Under the pieces are notes generated by a model. The model saw only the letters and a list, made by a program, of their open reading frames with translations, was not told the DNA's origin and ran no database searches. From contig JBGAGQ010000005.1 in NCBI GenBank assembly GCA_044226625.1, positions 32,001 through 96,000 on the forward strand: a stretch of 64,000 nt of DNA, written 5' to 3'. Position 1 is the first letter of the stretch. Each line of letters opens with the position of its first letter. This DNA comes from Thermoanaerobaculia bacterium (lineage in GTDB: Bacteria; Acidobacteriota; Thermoanaerobaculia; Multivoradales; UBA5704). Position numbers and translations under genes: made by a program. Of this stretch, positions 57,245 to 64,000 are shown in pieces.

Positions 57245-58252
57245 ATGGAAACGACCCTGATGATGCCGCCAACCGCAGCCGAACCCCCCGTCTCCGAGCC
57301 TCCCCCTTCGCCCGTCTCCGCCGCCGAGGTCGCGACCGCGATCCGCCGGCTGGAGGAGAACATCGCCGAGGTCGTGCGCGGCAAATCCGAGGTGATCCGC
57401 CTCGCGACCGTCTGCCTGCTCGCGCGCGGCCACATGCTGGTCCAGGACGTTCCCGGAGTCGGCAAGACGACGCTCGCTCAAGCGCTCGCCCGCTCGCTCG
57501 GGCTCGGCTTCCAGCGCATCCAGTTCACCAGCGACCTGCTCCCCTCCGACATCGTCGGGGTGTCGATCTTCAATCAGCAGTCGCAGAGCTTCGAGTTCGT
57601 ACCAGGCCCGCTCTTCGGCCACGTGGTGCTCGCCGACGAGATCAACCGCGCGACGCCCAAGACGCAAAGCGCGCTCCTCGAGGCGATGAGCGAGCGGAAG
57701 GTCTCGGTCGACCGCAAACGCTACGCCTTGCCGCAGCCGTTCCTGGTCCTCGCGACGCAGAACCCGCACGAGTACCACGGCACGTTTCCGCTTCCCGAGT
57801 CGCAGCTCGACCGTTTCCTGATGTCGCTGTCGCTCGGCTATCCACCGAAGGACGACGAGCGCGGTCTGCTCCTTTCCGGCGGCGTCGAGGATCGTTTGGA
57901 GCATCTCCCGGCCGTGCTGGATCGCGCTCGACTGCTCGACCTCCAGGCGGCGGTCGACCGGGTGAAGACCTCCGAAAAGCTCGCCGACTATCTGATCGCG
58001 CTCGCCGAAGCGACGCGCGCCGACTCCGAGTTGCTGCTCGGCGTCTCCACCCGCGGCCTCCAGGGACTTTCCCGCGCCTCGCAGGCGCTCGCGCTCTGCG
58101 AGGGACGAGCCTTCGTCCTGCCCGACGACGTCCAACGGCTCGCGCCCTTCGTCCTCGGCCATCGCGTCATTTTGAAGCGCGGCGGCGGCGACCTCGCGAC
58201 GGCGCGCCGGGCGATCGAGCGGATCGTCGCGGCGACCCCGGTGCCGGTCTAG
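57245..58252 (+). CDS. moxR: MoxR-family AAA+ ATPase
   Basis: DVPGVGKTT, RIQFTSDLLPSD, LADEINRATPKTQSALLEAM, ATQNP, PLPESQLDRF. Confidence 0.93.
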   Translation: METTLMMPPTAAEPPVSEPPPSPVSAAEVATAIRRLEENIAEVVRGKSEVIRLATVCLLARGHMLVQDVPGVGKTTLAQALARSLGLGFQRIQFTSDLLPSDIVGVSIFNQQSQSFEFVPGPLFGHVVLADEINRATPKTQSALLEAMSERKVSVDRKRYALPQPFLVLATQNPHEYHGTFPLPESQLDRFLMSLSLGYPPKDDERGLLLSGGVEDRLEHLPAVLDRARLLDLQAAVDRVKTSEKLADYLIALAEATRADSELLLGVSTRGLQGLSRASQALALCEGRAFVLPDDVQRLAPFVLGHRVILKRGGGDLATARRAIERIVAATPVPV

Positions 58253-58347
58253 GCGGGGCAGATGGCCTTGCAGCCCTCCTCCGCGGTCCCTCTCTCTTTG
58301 AGAGAGGTGAGCCAGCGCGCGCCCGTGGGCGCCAAGAGGTAGGCCCC

Positions 58348-59352
58348 ATGCCCCGGCGCGAGATCCCCGAGGGCATCCGGATCACCAAGGTCGGGGTCTG
58401 GTTCGTCCTCTTCACCCTGGTGGTGGCGGTCGCGGCGACCAACACGGGCAACAACGCGCTCTACATCACGCTGTCGGTGATGTTCGGCGCCCTCACGATC
58501 TCGGGCATCGCCTCGCGTCAGAACGTGCGAGGCCTCGTCGTCGGGCTCGAGCTTCCTGGCGAGGTCTTCGCCAAGCAGATGTTCCAAGCGACCTTCTCGC
58601 TCGCGAGCCGGCGGCGTTTCCTACCGCGCTGGTTCCTGCTCTTTTCGCTCGACGGCGGCGGCCCGCCGCTTCTCGTTCCCTACCTGCCGCGCGGTGGTAA
58701 GAGCCGCGGCCGCATCGATCTGATGCTCAAGGCGCGCGGCCGCCATCGCGTCCCGGACGCTCACGTCTCGAGCCTCTTCCCCTTCGGCCTCTTCTCCAAG
58801 GGGGCGCGGTATCGGTTGGAGTCGGAGGTGCTCGTCTTCCCCGAGCTGTTCCCCTCCGAAGGGATCCACCTCGCCGAGGCCGAGCCGATGGGCGACGATC
58901 CGTCGCGTCGCATCGGCTGGGGGCACGACCTCCATTCCCTGCGCGCCTTCCGGCGCGGCGACGATCCACGAAGCATCCACTGGAAGCAGACGGCGAGGAC
59001 GGGAAGCCTCGTGTTCATGGAGCGCGAGAGCGAGCGCAACCGGCGCCTCTCGATCCTGTTCGACAACGGCGTCGGCCCCTTGGATCCCGTCGAGCAGCAG
59101 CGATTCGAACGCTTGGTGAGCGAGGCCGCGACCGCCGCGGTCGAGCACCTCACCCGCGGTTACGAGATCGAGCTGGTCGCGCGCGACGGCCGCTGGCCGT
59201 ATGCCGCGGGCTCGCGGCAGCGGCTCGCGGTGCTCGAGGCGCTCGCGCTGATCCAACCGGTCGAGCCGGGAGGCGATCCGCTCCAGGCGAGCGATCCCCG
59301 CGCCCCGGTGCTAGCGCTCGGACTCGGGTTCGACGGGGAGCGCGCGGCATGA
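58348..59352 (+). CDS. DUF58 domain protein
   Basis: N-terminal TMs with NTGNN; FPFGLF; LRAFRRGDDPRSIHWKQTAR. Confidence 0.9.
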   Translation: MPRREIPEGIRITKVGVWFVLFTLVVAVAATNTGNNALYITLSVMFGALTISGIASRQNVRGLVVGLELPGEVFAKQMFQATFSLASRRRFLPRWFLLFSLDGGGPPLLVPYLPRGGKSRGRIDLMLKARGRHRVPDAHVSSLFPFGLFSKGARYRLESEVLVFPELFPSEGIHLAEAEPMGDDPSRRIGWGHDLHSLRAFRRGDDPRSIHWKQTARTGSLVFMERESERNRRLSILFDNGVGPLDPVEQQRFERLVSEAATAAVEHLTRGYEIELVARDGRWPYAAGSRQRLAVLEALALIQPVEPGGDPLQASDPRAPVLALGLGFDGERAA

Positions 59353-61445
59353 AGTTCGCGCGCGGCAAGCGGATCGCGCTCGGGTGGCTCGCGCTGCTCG
59401 CCCCGGTTCCCCTGCCCTTCAACGACGTCCTCGAGTGGCCGGTCTTCGTCGTCTACGGCGCCCTGGTGGGGCTGTTCCTCCGGCGCGCCGCGCGCGATCC
59501 CGAGCGTTGGCTTCCGCCCTGGGCGATGAACGTGATCGGCCTCTCCTACCTGCCGCTGTTCTACATCGACCTCACGGTGCTCGGCGGCGGCCGGCTGGTC
59601 GGCCCGGTCCTCCATCTCGGCCTGTTCGCCCTGGTGGTCAAACTGTTCGCGCTCAACAAAGAGCAGGACAAGTGGCAGGCGGCGATCGGCATCTTCTTCC
59701 TCTTCCTCGCCGCGATGGGCACCAGCGTCCATCCGTCGATCGTGCTCTACCTGGCGGCCTTCGTCGCGGTGTCGCTCGCCTTGCTCGCGCGGTTCGCTTG
59801 GTTCCACGTGCTCGCGCAGTACGGCCGCGGCGAGACGGAGCTCGGCCGGGTGCCGCTCGGCGGCTTTCTCACGCTCGCGACGCTCGGCGCGCTGGTGCTC
59901 GCGGCGCCGTTCTTCGCGCTTTTGCCTCGTGTCCGCTCGCCCTACATCGTGGGGCGCGGCGCGAGCTTCGGTGCGGAGCTCGAATCGGCCGGGTTCACCG
60001 ACGACGTCACGCTCGATTCGATCGGCCAGATCCGCAACAGCCGTGACGTCGCGCTCCGGCTCCAGTGGCAGCAAGGTGCGCCGGAAGATCCGGACAACAT
60101 GCGTTGGAAGGCCGCTACCTTCGACCTGTTTTCCGGAGCCTCCTGGCGGCGCTCGCCGGGCGCAGGCTCACTGCCGCGCCGCCGAGGCTTGAGCTACACC
60201 CTCCGGTCGGTGCCGCCGGTGCGTTGGGCGACGGTCTGGCTCCGGCCGCTGCGCAGCACGAGCCTGCCGCTGCCGGTCGAGGCCGCCGTGGTCGAGCCGG
60301 GCGTTCTGTCGCTCTCGATCGACCGCGGCGGGGCGGTGTCGCTGCCGCACGGGATCCTCGAGACGTTCCAATATCGCGTCGGCCTCGCGCGCCAGCCGGT
60401 GCTGCTCGGCGAACCCCCGCCGCCGGTCGGAGGCGAGACGCTCGATACCGGTGGGGTCACACCGCGCATGCGCTCGCTCGCCGCCCGGGTGATGGGGCAG
60501 GGGAGCGCGGCCGAACGGGCGTCGCGGCTCGAGACCCACCTGGTGCAGAAGTTCGATTACACGACCACCCTTCTGGGCGCGGGCCCCAGCGGCAACCCGC
60601 TCGACCGCTTCCTGTTCGAGACGCGGCGCGGCCACTGCGAGCTGTTCGCCTCGTCGATGGTCCTCCTGCTCCGATCGCAAGGGATTCCGGCGCGCCTGGT
60701 CACCGGATTCCTGGGCGGCGAGTACAACCCGTTCGAAGGGTACGTGATCGTCCGCGACAGCAACGCCCACGCCTGGGTGGAGGCCTACGTCGGCTCGGGG
60801 CCGAACGAGGGTTGGAGGATCTTCGACCCGACGCCGCCGGCCGGTCGTCCCAGCGCGGCCGACGAAGGTTTCTGGCGCCTTGGCCAGCAGGCCTGGGACT
60901 ACCTGCTCTTCCGGTGGGACCGCTACGTCCTCACCTTCGGCATCGGCGATCAGGCGGAGATCCTGCGCCGGCTCTACTCGGCATGGTCGTCTCTCCGTCG
61001 ACTCTTCTCGGGAGGCAAGAAGTCGGATACGTCCGCCTCCGACCCCGCCGAGCCGGTCGCCATTCCTGCGTCAACCCCGGCCGCTCACGAGGTGCCCGCC
61101 GCCTCGCCGCTTGCGATCGCTGGGGCGGTGCTCGTTCTGCTCGTCACGATCGCGCTCATCCTCTGGTTCGTTCTTCGCCACCGCCCGTTGACGCCGGACG
61201 CCGCCTATCGGCGTCTGCGACAAAGGATGGCGCGTGGCGGCGTCGCCTTGCCCCTATCGATGCCGCCGCTCGCGGTGCGCAAGCTCGCCGACGCGCGCTA
61301 TCCCGAAGCCGCGGCACCGGCGGCGAGGGTGATCGACTTCTACGTCCGCGAGACCTTTGCCGGAGAGCCCCTCCAAGAGCCTGAGCGAGAAGAGCTGCGC
61401 ACGGCGCTCAAAGAGGCCGAAACGCTCCTGCGGAAAGCCGGGTGA
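59349..61445 (+). CDS. TgpA-like membrane transglutaminase-domain protein
   Basis: Multi-TM N-terminus; GHCELFASSM, GIPARLVTGF, HAWVEAY, FDPTP catalytic triad. Confidence 0.9.
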   Translation: MKFARGKRIALGWLALLAPVPLPFNDVLEWPVFVVYGALVGLFLRRAARDPERWLPPWAMNVIGLSYLPLFYIDLTVLGGGRLVGPVLHLGLFALVVKLFALNKEQDKWQAAIGIFFLFLAAMGTSVHPSIVLYLAAFVAVSLALLARFAWFHVLAQYGRGETELGRVPLGGFLTLATLGALVLAAPFFALLPRVRSPYIVGRGASFGAELESAGFTDDVTLDSIGQIRNSRDVALRLQWQQGAPEDPDNMRWKAATFDLFSGASWRRSPGAGSLPRRRGLSYTLRSVPPVRWATVWLRPLRSTSLPLPVEAAVVEPGVLSLSIDRGGAVSLPHGILETFQYRVGLARQPVLLGEPPPPVGGETLDTGGVTPRMRSLAARVMGQGSAAERASRLETHLVQKFDYTTTLLGAGPSGNPLDRFLFETRRGHCELFASSMVLLLRSQGIPARLVTGFLGGEYNPFEGYVIVRDSNAHAWVEAYVGSGPNEGWRIFDPTPPAGRPSAADEGFWRLGQQAWDYLLFRWDRYVLTFGIGDQAEILRRLYSAWSSLRRLFSGGKKSDTSASDPAEPVAIPASTPAAHEVPAASPLAIAGAVLVLLVTIALILWFVLRHRPLTPDAAYRRLRQRMARGGVALPLSMPPLAVRKLADARYPEAAAPAARVIDFYVRETFAGEPLQEPEREELRTALKEAETLLRKAG

Positions 61446-61449
61446 CCCG

Positions 61450-61818
61450 ATGCGTCTCACGCTCTACGAAAGCCGCTTCGCCATCTGCCGCCTCGACGCC
61501 CTCGACCCCGTGCCCGACTGGGCCGATGGCGCGCTGCTCTCGATCACCCGAACGCCTCGCGAGCTCTCGATCCTTTGCGCCGAAGGCGCCATTCCCGAAG
61601 GCATCCGAGCCGAGAAAGGCTTCCGCGCCCTCGAAGTGCTCGGCCCCCTCGATTTCTCCGCCGTGGGAATCCTCGAAAGCCTCGCCCGCCCGCTCGCCGA
61701 AGCGGGCCTCTCGATCCTCGCCATCTCGACCTTCGACACCGACGTCCTTCTGGTGCGGGAAGAGGATCTCGAGAAAGCGGTGGCGGCGCTCGGCGCGGCT
61801 GGGTGGGCGGTCGGGTAA
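61450..61818 (+). CDS. ACT-domain protein (CASTOR/ACT_7-like)
   Basis: SITRTPRELSI, GPLDFSAVGIL, AISTFDTDVLLV. Confidence 0.85.
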   Translation: MRLTLYESRFAICRLDALDPVPDWADGALLSITRTPRELSILCAEGAIPEGIRAEKGFRALEVLGPLDFSAVGILESLARPLAEAGLSILAISTFDTDVLLVREEDLEKAVAALGAAGWAVG

Positions 61819-61900
61819 GAGCGAGGGTCGAGCCTCCGAGTCCGAACGGCTCGTACTAAGACTCAGCCGCCGATTCGCCTCAAGAAGCCCGAGTCAAGCG

Positions 61901-63202
61901 CTACCGTAGCCCCGAAGGCAGCCGCGGCGAGGAGATCAGCTCTCCGAACACCTTCCACCGCTTCTCCCCGTCTCCGCCGCTTTTCGCCTCGACGTACTTC
62001 CGGACGAAATCGCGGCCCAGGTTGTAGTTGATGACGTAGCTCCGGTAGGTGTCGAAGAAGGTGACGCGCTGCTTCGCTCGAGCGGGAGAGGAGAGGGCGT
62101 AATGGACGAGCCAGTCGGCCGCTTGGCCGGCGTCGATCTCTCCATCGAGGTAGCGACGGGCCGCGGTGTTTCCGGCGTAGTCCAGCTTGCCCACGAGGTG
62201 GAGAATCTCGGTGTAGCGCTCGGCTTCTTTCGGATCGAGGCCGGCGATGGGGTAGAGGACGTCGCGTTCAAACGCGGTCCGCTGCTCGCCGGGGAAGGCG
62301 ACCTCGATGCCGTAATTCGCGGTCCCCTCGGCGATCAGCGACTGCGGCGAGAAGAGCGGGTAGACGGTGAATTCCACCCAGCCGCGGTCGCGGACCAGGT
62401 TTTTTTCGAGCAGGGCGTTGTAGACGTGATGCCCCGGATACCCCTCGTGGCAGGCGAGGTCGATCGCGCGATCGATCAGGATCGGCAGCTCGGTGTTCAC
62501 CTGGATGAGGCTGTGGAGATCGCCTTTGTACCAGTTGTAGGCGCTCCAGGGCTTGCCCGTGACGTAATCGACCTCGAAGCTCTCCCCTTTCGGCAGAGGG
62601 AGATGGGCCGCCGTCCGGGCGCGGCATTCGTGGATCGCGGCGCGGAAGACGGCGTCCACCCGATCGGCGGGAATCGCGAAACGGTCTCGGTAGGCCTGGA
62701 TGCGCTCGGGGAGCGGCCCGCTTCCCGGTACTTTCTGCTCCAGCTCGGCGAGCACCGGCTGGAAATCCTTCTCGTCCTGCTTCGGAGCCACCGCGTCGTA
62801 GAGCGCAAGCGACTCCTCGTCGAAGCTGCGCTTCTTCCCTTCCAAACGCTCGACGTGGGCGACGAGCGAACCGAGCTGGCGTTCGAGATAGGCGTGGCGG
62901 AGCTCGACCAGCGGATCGTCTTGGGCGGGCCGGATCCCGGCAAGACCAGAGCGAAGCGTCTCGGCTCGCTGACGGATCTCCTCGAGCGGCAGCTTCTCGG
63001 CCTCCACCTCGGCGCGCACCTCCGCGGGACCGTAGTAGGCGTCGACGTAATTTCCGTCGTGGACTCCGACGGCGAGCACGAGGCGAACATAGGCGCGGGC
63101 GGTGTCGTCCATCGTGGCAGCTCCTTTAGGGGAAGGGGCGGGGGCCGAAGAGGTGCAAGCGGCAAGGAGAGCCAGGGAAATGGAGAACAGGAACGGTCGC
63201 AT
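61901..63202 (-). CDS. Lipoprotein, DUF885-like putative metallopeptidase
   Basis: Lipobox LAAC; CHEGYPGHH and downstream AEG motif. Confidence 0.7.
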   Translation of the reverse strand: MRPFLFSISLALLAACTSSAPAPSPKGAATMDDTARAYVRLVLAVGVHDGNYVDAYYGPAEVRAEVEAEKLPLEEIRQRAETLRSGLAGIRPAQDDPLVELRHAYLERQLGSLVAHVERLEGKKRSFDEESLALYDAVAPKQDEKDFQPVLAELEQKVPGSGPLPERIQAYRDRFAIPADRVDAVFRAAIHECRARTAAHLPLPKGESFEVDYVTGKPWSAYNWYKGDLHSLIQVNTELPILIDRAIDLACHEGYPGHHVYNALLEKNLVRDRGWVEFTVYPLFSPQSLIAEGTANYGIEVAFPGEQRTAFERDVLYPIAGLDPKEAERYTEILHLVGKLDYAGNTAARRYLDGEIDAGQAADWLVHYALSSPARAKQRVTFFDTYRSYVINYNLGRDFVRKYVEAKSGGDGEKRWKVFGELISSPRLPSGLR

Positions 63203-63276
63203 GGCTCGCGATTGTAGCCCGCGGGCGGCGCCGGGTCGCTCGCGCGAGGTAGGATCGCCGCACTTTGCCGCGCTCC

Positions 63277-64000
63277 ATGTGGACCCCAGGCCGGATCGTT
63301 GGCCTCGTTGCCGGGCTTCTCGCCTTCGGCTTGTTCCTTTTCGTCGACTCCCCCCTGCATCACGATCCGGGGACCGGAGCGCGGCCGGCCTACGCGGCGG
63401 CGATCACCGCCTTGATGGCGATCTGGTGGCTCACCGAAGCGCTGCCGATCTACGTCACGGCCTGCGTGCCGCTCGTTGCCTATCCCCTGTTGCGCCCGTT
63501 CGGCACCGGCGTCCTCGGGAATCTGGGGTCTACCGTCGGCGCCTACCTCGACCCGTATATCTTCCTGTTCGCGGGCGGCATGGCGATCGCCGCGGCGATG
63601 CAGCGCTGGAACCTCCATCGGCGCATCGCGCTCAACATCATGGCGGCGATCGGCACCGATCCGAAGCGGCTGCTCGCCGGGTTCCTCGCCGCGACGGCTT
63701 TCATCTCGCTCTGGATCTCGAACACCGCGACGGCGACCATGATGGTGCCGATCGGCATCGCGGTGCTCGCGCAGATCGAGCACTCGCGCGGCGGCGAGCG
63801 GCTTCGCCACTACGGGATGGCGATCATGCTCGCGATCGCTTACGGCTCGAACGTCGGTGGCATCGGCACGAAGATCGGTACCGCGCCGAACGCCCAGTTC
63901 GCCGGGTTCGCCGAGCGGTTCGGGATCGAGGTGTCGTTTCTCCAGTTTATGGCGGTCGGCCTGCCGTTCGTGATCCTCTTCCTCCCCATCGTCTGGTGGG
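63277..64000 (+). CDS. DASS/SLC13 sodium:dicarboxylate/sulfate symporter, partial
   Basis: Hand translation MWTPGRIVGL...AIWWLTEALPI, FLFAGGMAIA, WNLHRRIAL, SLWISNTATA, IGTAPN; runs off window end. Confidence 0.9.
   Translation, partial: MWTPGRIVGLVAGLLAFGLFLFVDSPLHHDPGTGARPAYAAAITALMAIWWLTEALPIYVTACVPLVAYPLLRPFGTGVLGNLGSTVGAYLDPYIFLFAGGMAIAAAMQRWNLHRRIALNIMAAIGTDPKRLLAGFLAATAFISLWISNTATATMMVPIGIAVLAQIEHSRGGERLRHYGMAIMLAIAYGSNVGGIGTKIGTAPNAQFAGFAERFGIEVSFLQFMAVGLPFVILFLPIVWW

Noticed and set aside
57245-61445. MoxR-DUF58-transglutaminase operon as a new system
   Set aside because: Well-known, widely conserved gene trio, although its function is poorly defined

Overview
GC-rich bacterial chromosomal window with about 57 protein-coding genes. 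I recognised no rRNA, tRNA, CRISPR-cas, integrase or transposase. Gene content (Ig+VWA/TPR pair, CadC-like winged-helix regulator, ZAS-like/TPR protein) suggests an Acidobacteriota genome, probably Thermoanaerobaculia-like; this is inference, not a database result. Core blocks: nucleoside ABC transporter, FadL+GDSL lipase, ppx-phoB-phoR-phoU, menG-folD-coaE-rdgB, ba3-type oxidase plus blue-copper protein, arginine deiminase pathway, purB-rlpA, fmt-rsmB, HU, and MoxR-DUF58-transglutaminase. Best candidates for undescribed biology: (1) a two-gene unit at 16.5-18.3 kb, a small secreted pro-peptide (core WGEYGIAIDPN) followed by a 16-bp perfect inverted repeat and a zinc-anti-sigma-like/TPR protein, resembling an RRNPP-analogous peptide-signalling system; (2) an 18-unit array of self-complementary 21-bp repeats with 63-bp higher-order period at 35.1-35.5 kb; (3) a partly low-GC TIR-STAND-TPR (NLR-like) gene; (4) an accessory block with a fibre-like repeat protein, a sphingomyelinase-like enzyme and an orphan PrnC-like halogenase. 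Start codons were chosen by eye from RBS and overlap logic; all functional calls come from motif recognition, not searches.
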